Source of the DNA: Eledone cirrhosa
Lineage: Eukaryota
Direction of reading: 5' to 3'
DNA length: 64,000 nucleotides
Assembly (NCBI GenBank): GCA_964016885.1
Contig: OZ024740.1
Span: 177,878,001-177,942,000, forward strand
Within the stretch, counting starts at the first letter, position 1. The number at the start of each line of letters is the position of its first letter. Under the pieces are notes generated by a model that was given only the letters and a program-made list of their open reading frames with translations, made no database searches and was not told the DNA's origin. Below, in pieces: positions 54,561-64,000 of the stretch. A program made the translations under genes and the position numbers.

Positions 54561-56128
54561 TCATCATCACCGTTTTAGTCCGTTCTTCCACGCTAGCATG
54601 GGTTTGACGGGTTGTCCTGTTGTGGGCAGTGTCTGGTCGGTTGACCTTGTCTTGCTCATACGGGAACTGATTCTGGCTTGATTTCTACAGCTGGATGCCC
54701 TTCCTAACACCAACCTCATTTACAGTGAGTGCTGGATGCTTATTTGCTGTGGCACTTCCACGACCACTTTGCAGTGGGACGGTGTGGAGGCATATTGTCT
54801 ATATGCTTCAGCTTCGGCTTGTACCCGTGGGGGGTCGGGTTTTCTGTATTACTGTATGACGCCAGAGGTCACGGTCGTGTGTCATCGCCTTTGAGAGGTG
54901 TAATTGGGTAAGGTCGGCTTTTATCACATCATCCCAGGTTTTCTTGGATATCCCCACTCCGCGGTTTCCATCGACTTCTTTTTATGCAGCTGTCATCCTT
55001 CATACGCATCACATGTCCATACCAACGTAACCGCCTCTCCTGCATACAGCATTTGATTCCTCTTATGCTCAGTCTCTCTCTCAATTCATTTATGCTTTGT
55101 TGTTCGCATATATTACTATTACACATCCATCAGAGAATGCAGGCTTCGTTTCTTTCTAATCTACGTAAGTCTTCCACAGACAGCACCCGGTTCTCACTAC
55201 CATGTAACATTGTTGTTCGTATACACGCATCATACAGTCTGCCTTTCATTTTGAGGGAAAAGCCTTTTACAGCTAGCAGTGGCAGTAGCTCCCTGAACTT
55301 CTTCCATCCCGTTCTTACCCTAGTTACTGTACTTTCTGAACACCCACCTCCACTGCTAATTTGGTCACCTAGGTAGCAGAAGCTGTCTACTGTTTCTACA
55401 GAGCCCTCCCAGAGTTTGGTGGTACTTGCTTCCTGTGGCTGTTTGCTGCTTGCTGTCCCAGCACAGCTGCTACATGTGAAGCCTACATTCTTAGTTAAGC
55501 TTCTTGAGATCCCGCTACATCTCTTGTGTACCCATTGTTTGCATTTGGGGCAGAGAATAGAGTTCCTACCTACACCTTTCCTACATAATGAGCAAGGCCA
55601 TTTCCCTGAGGGGATCTGGGTTCTGTTTTCTCGTCTACTTACAAGGACCTTAGTCTTTGTCAGGTTGACTTTGAGACCCTTTCTTTCTAGTCCCTCTTCC
55701 AAGTTTGGAATTTCTTCTCTAGTTCTACCATAGATTCAGCTATAAGTGTGAGGTCATCTGCATACAGGAGTTCCCATGGGCATCCAGTCTTAAACTCCTC
55801 AGTTATTGCCTGCAGGACTATGATGAACAAGAGAGGGCTAAGAATAGAGCCCTGGTGGACACTGACCTGTATGCTAAATTCCTCACTATACTCATTGCTA
55901 ATCCTAACTTTGCTGACTGTTCCCCTATACATGGCTTGTACAGCTTTCACAAGCCATTCATCTAAGCCTAGTTTTATAAGACCCCACCAGATTATAGCAC
56001 GGGGAACTCCGTCAAAAGGCTTTCCCGAGATCAACGAATGCCAGGTAGAGCGGCTTACTTTTAGCTAGGTACTTTTCCTGTAACTGCCTCACAAGGAAGA
56101 GGGCATCAGTGGTACCTCTTCCTGGCAC
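54561..56128 (-). mobile_element. 5'-truncated RTE LINE (subfamily A-related), decayed
   Basis: LLYADDL, CSLC..CPKC..HKRC..CSSC, ERRLRWYGHV. (CAT)n tail at the left end. Confidence 0.92.
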
Positions 56129-56157
56129 AAATATATATATATATATATATATATATG

Positions 56158-56322
56158 CACTGTAAACATGGTTGGAAGGGCATCCAACCGTAGAAAACCT
56201 ACCAGACAGCCCTATACAAGCGAGACATGGTCACCAGACCAATCTTGCCTCAAGTAGGACAATTCCCATCTAAACCCATGCTAGCGTGGAAGATAGACGT
56301 AAACATTGATGATGATGATGAT
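56158..56322 (+). mobile_element. RTE 3' UTR fragment
   Basis: Matches 37218-37363. (TA)n on both sides. Confidence 0.7.
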
Positions 56323-56334
56323 ATATATATATAC

Positions 56335-57531
56335 GAAGAATATAGTGATGAATTTACCATAATGGTAGGGGTACACTAGGGCCCCGTTCTTAGCCCCATC
56401 CTGTTTATTATTATAGAGGGGTTTAAGACTGGCTGCCCATCGGAACTTCTATATGCAGATGATCTAACTCATAGCTGAATCTATTGCTGAACTAGAGAAG
56501 AAATTCTAAACATGGAAGCATAGCCTTAAAGTTAACTTGTCTAAGATTAAGATTCTAGTATGCAGAAAGTAGAATAGAGCCCTCTGGGAAATGGCCATGC
56601 TCAGTGTGTAAGAAAGGAGTATGCAGAAACTCCATTCTATGTCCCAAATGCAAAATATGGGTACATAAAAGATGTAGTGGGATCAGAGGCAAGCTATCTA
56701 AGAATGTAGATTTTATATGTGGCTGATGCTCAGGTGCAGTAAGTAGCAAGGACCCAGTGGATGATATCTCCTTCAACTGCCCAGATGGTTCTATAGAAAT
56801 AGTAGACACCTTCCGTTACCTGAGTGACAAAATCAGCAGTGGAGGAGGCTGCTCTGAAAGTGTAGTAGCCAGAGTTAGAATGGGATGGAAAAAGTTCAGA
56901 GAGCTAATACCACTGTTGGCTACAAGGGGTTTCTCTCTAAAAATGAAAGGCAGATTGTATGATGTATATATACGAATGATGATATTAGATGGTAGTGAGA
57001 CTTGGGCACTGTGTGCTGAAGACCTGCATAGAAAGAAATTAGAAAGAAATGAAGCTTGCGTGCTCTGATGGATGTGTAATAGTAACGTGCACGAAAGGCA
57101 AAGCATAAACGAACTAAGAGGGAGACTAAGCATAAGAGGTATCAAATGTTGTGTTCTTGAGAGGAGATTGCATTAGTATGGACATGTAATGCGTATGAAG
57201 GACGACAGCTGTATAAAAAAAAGTTCAGGGCAATGAAAATTGATGGAAGCTGTGGAGTGGGTAGACCAAGAAAAACCTGAGACGAGGTGATAAAAACTGA
57301 CCATATCCACCTACACCTCTCTAATACAATGACATTGCATCGAGACCTTTGGTGCCATGCAGTTGTACAGAAGATCCGACTACCATTGCATAGAAACCTA
57401 TAGTCAGTAGGCACCTCTTAACTCAATGTACACCCCACTGCCACACCCTACCCCACCCTCCAGCTGTAAAAAACCTGACAGAGACGCTTCCGTGCGAGCG
57501 AGACATGGACATTAAACGATGATGATGATGA
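56335..57531 (+). mobile_element. 5'-truncated RTE LINE, decayed
   Basis: LLYADD, CSVC..CPKC..HKRC, GWKKFRELIPLL. (ATG)n tail. Confidence 0.88.
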
Positions 57532-57559
57532 TACACACACAGATATATATATATATATA

Positions 57560-57815
57560 TAATAGTAGAACACTGGTGGGTTATTCCGTAGTTGTAGAGC
57601 ACTCAGTCTATGGGACAAGCTTGGTAGAAGTAGTTACACAACAATTAGTTCACCATTACCGAGAACAACTGTTTCACCTTAATCAGATCAGCTCGGTTTA
57701 AATGAGGTTTTTTATTTTCCGTACAACCTCGTTTAAACCGAGCTGATGATCCGATTAAGGTGAAACAATTGTTCTCGGTAATGGTGAACTACCTGTTGTG
57801 GAACTACTTCTCTCT
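57560..57815. mobile_element. Short fold-back element (~85 bp arms) carrying a hammerhead
   Basis: Arms ~57626-57709 and ~57725-57812. (TA)n flanks. Confidence 0.7.
57737..57779 (+). ncRNA. Minimal type I hammerhead ribozyme motif with intact catalytic core
   Basis: ACCGAG-CTGATGA-TCC GATTAA GGT-GAAA-CAATTG-TT-CTCGGT: perfect 6-bp stem I and palindromic stem III. The opposite-arm copy has a 3-nt core deletion. Confidence 0.75.
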
Positions 57816-57837
57816 CTATGTATATATATTTATACAC

Positions 57838-58001
57838 ACAAGGCATTCCAGAGGTGTTACCAGCAGTGGCAGAACTTGTGGGGGGAAATGTGTGAACTCC
57901 CAAGGGAAGTATTTTGAAGGTGATTAAATAAAATTTGTGAAATGTATAAAACTGCTTTTTTTAATGCCCAAAAGTCAGATACGTTTTGAATGCACCTTGT
58001 A
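57838..58001 (+). mobile_element. Tc1/mariner transposon 3' fragment (transposase C-terminus and right TIR)
   Basis: Reads FQRCYQQWQNLWGKCVNSQGKYFEGD*, the mariner C-terminal W..C....G.YFE motif. Ends ...ttttgaatgcaccttg|TA. Confidence 0.7.
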
Positions 58002-58016
58002 TATATATATATATAT

Positions 58017-59080
58017 ATCATCATCATCACCGTTTTACGTCCGTTCTTCCACACTAACATGGGTTAGATGGGTTGTCCAGTTGTGGGCAGTGTCCGGTCG
58101 CCTGACCTTGTCTTGCTCATACTGGAACTGATATGGCATGATTTCTACAGCTGGATGCCCTTCCTAACACCAACCTCATTTACAGTGAGTGCTGGGTGCT
58201 TTTTTCCTGTGGCATCTCCACGATCACTTTGCAGTTGGGGGGGGGGGGGGGGGGCATATTGTCTACATGCTTCAGCTTTGGTTTGATGGTTCTTCTGTAT
58301 TACCGCATGATGCCAGAGGTCACGGTTGTGTGTCATCGGCTTTGCAAAGTACAATTGGGTAAGGTCGGCTTTTATCACCTCATCCCAGGTCTTCTTGGGT
58401 CTCCCCACTCCACGGCTTCCATAAACTTCTAGTGCTCTGTACCTTTTTATGCAGCTGTCATTCTCCATACGCATCACATGTCCATACCAACACAACCTCC
58501 TCTCCTGCACACAGCATTTGATTTCTCTTATGCTCAGTCTCTCTCTCAATTCGTTTATGCTTTGCTGTTCGCGTATTACACATCCATCGGAGCATGCAAG
58601 CTTCGTTTCTTTGTAATCTGCACAAGTCTTCTACACACAATGCCCAGGTCTCACTACCATGTAGCATTGCTGTTCATATGCACGCATCATACAGTCAAAA
58701 TGAGAGCATTTTGAAGGAAAAGCCTTTTGCAGCTAGCAGTGGCTTCCTGAATTTCTTCCACCCCGTTCTTACCCTAGTTACTGTAATTTTAGAACACCCA
58801 CCTCCACTGTTAATTCGGTCACCTAGGCAGCAAAAGCTGTCTCCTGTTTCCACAGAGCCCTCCCAGAGTTTGGTGGCGCTTGTTTCCTGTGGCCATTTGC
58901 TGCTTGCTGTCCCAGCGCAGCTGCAAGATGTAAAGCCTACATTCTTAGCTAGGCTTCCTGAGATCCCACTACATCTCTTGTGTACCCATTGTTTGCATTT
59001 CGGGCAGAGGAGGGAGTTCCTTCCTACACCTTTCCTACATACTGAGCAAGGCCATTTCCCTGAGGAGATCTGGGTTTCTG
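58017..59080 (-). mobile_element. 5'-truncated RTE LINE, decayed
   Basis: SGKWPCSVC..CPKC..HKRC, ERRL.WYGHV, GRPKKTW. (CAT)n tail. Closely similar to the 54561 copy. Confidence 0.9.
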
Positions 59081-59082
59081 TT

Positions 59083-59112
<30 letters not shown>

Positions 59113-59114
<2 letters not shown>

Positions 59115-59377
59115 GTTGGTACCACAACATCCAGTCCGAAACAAATGAGGTTGTGTAGGTGTCACGACAAAAAAACACACAGTCCACGCTGTAATGTGGC
59201 CGTGTAGGTAACACGGTAAAAACCTCCCAGTCCACACTGTAAATGTGGTTGGTGTTAGGAAGGGCATCCAGCCGTAGAAAACCCGAGCAGGTCAACCAAT
59301 CTTGCCTCAAGTGGGAAAACTCCCGTCCAAACCCATGCAAGCGTGGAACATGGACGTTAAACGATGATGATGATGAT
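59113..59377 (+). mobile_element. RTE subfamily A 3' UTR fragment
   Basis: Closely similar to 37094-37363. Confidence 0.8.
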
Positions 59378-59474
59378 ATATATATATATACATATATGGA
59401 TGTGTTTTCATTGACAGAGGCATCATTACATAATTACAAATGTTGTTTTACAACCAATGGTTGGACAAACTTAC

Positions 59475-59616
59475 TTGACAGGCACATGAAATATGTAGAA
59501 TTGATTCGGGAGGACCCTGGAGGACATTCAATTTGACAATGTACCATAGCCTATAACCTAAATATTCATCTTCATCACCAGAGCTGTAAGCCTCATCTCC
59601 ATCACTATCCACTTCC
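59475..59616 (-). CDS. CFAP47: Coding exon of CFAP47-like gene (most 5' confident exon in window)
   Basis: Acceptor tttcatcctacag, donor CAA|GTAAGT. 142 bp, phase 2 in and phase 0 out. Reads EVDSDGDEAYSSGDEDEYLGYRLWYIVKLNVLQGPPESILHISCACQ. In phase with exon 45111-45286. Confidence 0.85.
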
Positions 59617-59705
59617 CTGTAGGATGAAACAGATACATGCAAACATGTAAAGGTTTTCAATTCATTTTTTAAACAAAATATACGAGAACTATAATTTACA
59701 GAAAT

Positions 59706-60100
59706 AATAATTTTGGGAGAGGGGAAAGTCAATTAAACCGACCCCAGTGCATAACTGGTACTTTATTTTATCGAGCCCGTAAAGATAAAAGGCAAAGTTA
59801 ACCTCGGCAGGATTTGAACTCAGATCATACAAGGCCGTAACTCTATGCCATAACGCATGTTGTCCGATGCTCTATCGATACTGCCTATCCACCACCCTCA
59901 ATTTACAGTAATAATTGTTTCTACTTTAGGCACAAGGCCAGCAATTATCCCAGTGCATTACTGTTACTTTATTTTATCGCCCCTGTAGGGATGAAAAGCA
60001 AAGCTAACCTCGGTGGGATTTGAACTCAGACTGTAGAGGGCCGTAACTCTATGCTACAAAGCATGGCGTCCGACCCTCTACCGATACTGCCAATCTACAA
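59706..60100 (-). mobile_element. Two tandem MetaSINE-type SINEs (~59706-59900 and ~59908-60100)
   Basis: Both contain the reverse complement of the Meta-like core and tRNA-like head. Confidence 0.75.
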
Positions 60101-60104
60101 TTAT

Positions 60105-60770
60105 AATGACAACAATAATAATAACAATAATAAATAAAGAAAAAGAAACAAAAGAAAAAAAGAATAGGAAGGGGCGGGGATGGCAAGAACTCTGGTGTCG
60201 CAGAAGAGAGGGGAGGCATGAAGGGGAGAGTGATAGGGGTTTGGGCCTACAGAATGGGGGCAGAAGGGCTGTGCCTCGCGGACAAGATCGCAAAAGCTTT
60301 CCCGCAGAGAATGGCCAGTCACACCACTGCAACAGCCACCCAACTTCGTGGGGCTCCTTTCTCAAATGGGCCATCGACGTTCTGATCTTGCGGAGGAGCT
60401 TGGCTGTATGAGGTCCAATTATGCCTGAGGTCTTGACAGCGACTGTTGTGAAGAGGAAGCCACCGGACAAACCCCAGTATTTGTTTATTTTACGTTCTTC
60501 TGCGAGGTGGGCTGCGATGCCACGGTTTGTGGCCGAAGCGACTAAGTTGGAGGTAGAGAACATGTCGCAGCAGGTGGCGTCCCAGATGAGAGATCTACCT
60601 CCTTCATTGGGAAGAGGGTGGTTCCGTCGGGGCGCTTGCCATCTCCGCGGTCCAGGCCTGCTAGCTCCAGTTGAGATGGAAAGCCAGCTGCAACCAGGCT
60701 CCTTCTCAGTATGTCGTTGAGAGCAGCGTGTCAGGGGAACCAGCCTGCGCTCTGGCGGCATGACAAGGTG
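60105..60770 (-). mobile_element. 3' fragment of a CRE-like non-LTR retrotransposon (restriction-like endonuclease domain)
   Basis: Across frames: [52 protein letters not shown]...AAHLAEERKINKY..L...F.F...AV.TSG..GP, a PD-(D/E)XK RLE pattern. Confidence 0.75.
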
Positions 60771-60844
60771 TTTTGTAATTGAAATATGAAAAACATATAA
60801 ATCAAAATCTGATTTAATATAATTACAATATAAATTATTTCCAG

Positions 60845-61120
60845 TGGAGGCACGTTGTAAGAGTGTTGAACATATGAGCATAAGGTTGTGGGTTCGATAC
60901 TTGGACTGGGTTGTGTGTTGTGTTCTTGAGCAAAATATTTCATTTCACATTGCTCCACTATACTCAGTTGAAAACAAGTACCAAGCAGTAGCTGGGGGTT
61001 TAACCCTGTGATGGACTGGTGTCTTGTCCAGGGCAAATTCCTGTACTCTCAAATCACTTCATGCCAGGAAGACAGAGATAAGTACCAGCCTGGTGAGCCT
61101 CCGGGATGAAGATAAACTTA
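60845..61120 (+). mobile_element. Diverged CORE-like tRNA SINE
   Basis: ggttcgatac B-box and ttcttgagcaaaatatttcatttcacattgctcca core. Confidence 0.55.
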
Positions 61121-61351
61121 GATGCATTTATAAGTTATCAATCACTTGATACATTTATAAGCTATCAATCAATTGATACGTTTATAAGCTACCAATCAAA
61201 ATATCAATAAATACAGCAAGGCAACTATGGTGTTAGTGTTAAGTGTCCAAATAATATAACAGTTTCTGTGCAGTTTTAGTTTTCTCCCATAATATAAAGT
61301 TTTTCCATTCCATATTAGCTTCGCATTGTGTTAAAATGCTTGCTTTCTTAC

Positions 61352-61392
61352 TTCATCAGGTTGTATTTTGTGATTTTTCCACACACTTGTTT
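61352..61392 (-). CDS. Candidate 41-bp exon of the CFAP47-like gene (unconfirmed)
   Basis: catacag|AAACAA...ATGAA|GTAAGA. Reads KQVCGKITKYNLM(K) and is phase-compatible with exon 59475-59616. No homology support and a weak pyrimidine tract. Confidence 0.2.
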
Positions 61393-61567
61393 CTGTATGG
61401 ACACACACACACATATCAACACAAGAAAGATTAATGGAACATTCTTATTAAATCTTCTCTCAAATGCAAACATAACAAGCCTAAAACCATAGTGATCTCC
61501 AGATGTTGACTGAGGAGATAAGACTCTCCATCTTTCCATTATTTCTTTGGTCTGTGAATATATATAT

Positions 61568-62068
61568 ATCATCATCATCATCATCGTTTAACGTCCATCT
61601 TCCACACTAGCATGGGTTAGACGGTTTTGTTCCATTTGATGTGGGAATGGTCGGGAGATGGTGTCTCGATAGCACGGAAGTGTCTCTGGCAGGTTTTTTA
61701 CAGCTGGATGCCCTTCCTAACACCAACCACATTTACAGTGTAGACTGGGAGCCTTTTTACGGTGTCTCCTACATGGCTACCTTTCAGTGTGGACTGTTGT
61801 GTCATCGACACAGTGGATGGAACGGGGAAGGGAGGATGGGGTGTACATCAGGTTAAGAGGTGCCTACTGACTGTAGGTTTGTATGCAATGGCAGTCGGGT
61901 CTTCTGTACAACTGCATGGCACCAAAGGTCTCGATCCATTGTCATTGTCTAGGAGAAGTGTAAGTGAGCAAGGCAGTTTTTATCACCTCGTCCAGTTTTT
62001 TCTTGGTCTACCCACTCCGTAGCTTCCATCAATTTTCAATGCCCTGCACTTTTTTTTATACAGCTGTC
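61568..62068 (-). mobile_element. RTE 3'-end fragment
   Basis: (CAT)n tail, cagctggatgcccttcctaacaccaacc motif, GRPRKNW coding remnant. Confidence 0.8.
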
Positions 62069-62280
62069 GTATAAATATATATATATATGTATATAGTGCG
62101 GCCAAAACTCGAGTCCGGGAACTATTATAGGCACCCGTTTTACGTGTGTTGTATTGAAGCAAATAACTATATGTATACTCTGGGAATGTATCTTACATTG
62201 CCCATTGAATACGCTGAGATACAACCGGTCCTGGCATTGATAAATATGCTGGGTCCATCAACTCCTTATTATATATATAT

Positions 62281-62668
62281 TGGCAGTGGATTGGCAGTAT
62301 CGGTAGAGGGTCGGACGCCATGCTTTCCAGCATAGTTACGTCCCTTTATGGTCTGAGTTCAAATCCCGCCGAGGTTGACTTTGCCTTTCATCCTTACGGG
62401 GTCGATAAAATAAAGTACCAGTAATGCACTGGGTAATTGCTGGCCTTGTGCCTAAAGTAGAAACAATTATATATATATATAAAGATGGTGGATTGGCAGT
62501 ATCGGTAGAGGGTCGGACGCCATGCTTTGACGCATAGAGTTACGGCCCTTGCCATTCTGAGTTCAAATCCTGCCAAGGTTAACTTTGCCTTTCATCCTTA
62601 CGGGGTCGATAAAATAAAGTACCAGTAATGCACTGGGTAATTGCTGGCCTTGTGCCAAACAAAGAAAC

Positions 62669-62672
<4 letters not shown>
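62281..62672 (+). mobile_element. Two tandem MetaSINE-type SINEs (~62281-62470 and ~62483-62672) separated by (TA)n
   Basis: Near-identical full-length copies. Confidence 0.8.
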
Positions 62673-62726
<54 letters not shown>

Positions 62727-63224
62727 TTAAAAAAGCCTGCATTACTAAGGCTTTAGAATATAAATTCAAAATAGGGGGTGCACACGACAAAGATAATGGA
62801 AGAAACAAACTCTGGAAATCACTATGGTATCATACAAATGTAAGTAAGTTCTGATACAAACATGTTAAATGAAGCAAATGCCTGTTCGGTCGGTTTTGTC
62901 AGTATTGCAGTTGTTTAATCATCTGATCTACCAGCTTATTGTTTTTCATGTATATCTCCTAAAGAATCAGCACATCAGTATGACTGGCTCTTTGAATTAT
63001 AGATATAGTCCATCAACTGAGCTTTCATACAGTTTTTGTCTACATGATTTCACTAAACAAGACTTAGCTTGATCCAAGGCTATGGTAAAAGACACCTGCT
63101 CAAGATACCACTTGCAGAAAGCCGAAATCCTGCTCTCTGGATCAGCATTGCTATACACTTGCAATGGTGTATAAAGCTGAGATAACCTCCATTAAATTGA
63201 ATCAGGAGCAGGATATATGGAGGT

Positions 63225-63380
63225 ATAATAATAATAATAATTGTTTCTACTTTAGGCACAAGGCCAGCAATTACCCAGTACATTACTGGGACTTTATTTT
63301 ATCGACCCCGTAAGGATGAAAGGCAAAGTTAACCTCGGTGGGATTTGAACTCAGACTGTAAAGGGACGTAACTGTGCTAG
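63225..63380 (-). mobile_element. MetaSINE-type SINE (5'-truncated)
   Basis: Meta-like core on the minus strand. Confidence 0.7.
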
Positions 63381-63399
<19 letters not shown>

Positions 63400-63414
<15 letters not shown>

Positions 63415-64000
63415 TGATTTCTTTATTAACCACAATGGTTTACATGAAGTAGACATTAAGGACAGTGCAGGACAATACAGTACGGTACAAATGGGCATTC
63501 CTGCATGTAAAAAACAAAAACAGAGGGTGTAACAAAAAAATAACAATGAAAAATTCCCCAATAGGGGGGAGACTTCGGAGGGACATTTGTGGAGAAAGCC
63601 CAGTAAAAGGCCACAGTGATCCTGACCACCAAGGCAAGTGCCCTTTCCCAGTTTTCCACCTTTATTTTACAGATACGTACTCAGAGTAGGCCCAATCACT
63701 CGGGCCATTCTTGCTTCTCTCACCCATCTTTCAACAAAATGCTGGGAAGAGAGCACTTCCCTCTCTACCCTGATTTTCCTTTTCAAATGAAATTTGAAAA
63801 AGTTAATCAGGGCATCACCGAAGAGGTAAGTGCTCGTCTTCAGCCCTTTCAAACGTGTCCACCATACTATCTCTTTCGCCATGGCCACCAGACAGATAAA
63901 AACTGCCTGCCCTTCCCGGCTAAAGGAAGAGGGCGGGGCAATCCTCACGATGGACTCAGATGATAGCCGGATCCGTCCTACACGCGACAGCAGGTGTTCG
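63400..64000 (-). mobile_element. 3' end of Tx1/L1-clade retrotransposon (continues beyond the window)
   Basis: ORF 63667-63948 (LVAMAKEIVWWTRLKG...FFKFHLKRKIRVERE..F.ERW) is homologous to the remnant at ~1090-1400. 3' UTR ends ...ttaataaagaaatc followed by (ATT)n. Confidence 0.75.

Overview
Eukaryotic, AT-rich and repeat-dense genomic DNA. The repeat repertoire (RTE LINEs with (ATG)n tails, Meta- and CORE-type tRNA SINEs, Penelope-like elements, (TA)n mosaics) suggests an octopod cephalopod, which is an inference. The window lies inside one large minus-strand gene. Eight GT-AG exons (59475-59616, 45111-45286, 32294-32401, 30744-30963, 30024-30180, 5075-5282, 3066-3298, 199-367) splice in phase into a continuous ORF resembling the C-terminal part of CFAP47. 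Two results stand out. (1) The ~21.5 kb tandem array at ~8556-30040 has a ~45 bp unit that is a copy of the exon 30024-30180 3' end plus its 5' splice donor (GAGTGTCAAGTTATCAG|GTAAGA...). The intron therefore carries roughly 480-500 sense-oriented copies of its own donor, organised in nested higher-order repeats. (2) A Penelope-like (Naiad-type) element has ~1.56 kb inverted arms, each with a type I hammerhead ribozyme fold, and several short (TA)n-flanked, mostly fold-back elements also carry intact or degenerate hammerhead cores. The rest is decayed RTE, Tx1, CRE, Helitron, mariner and SINE sequence. Most entries in the ORF track are artefacts of simple repeats.
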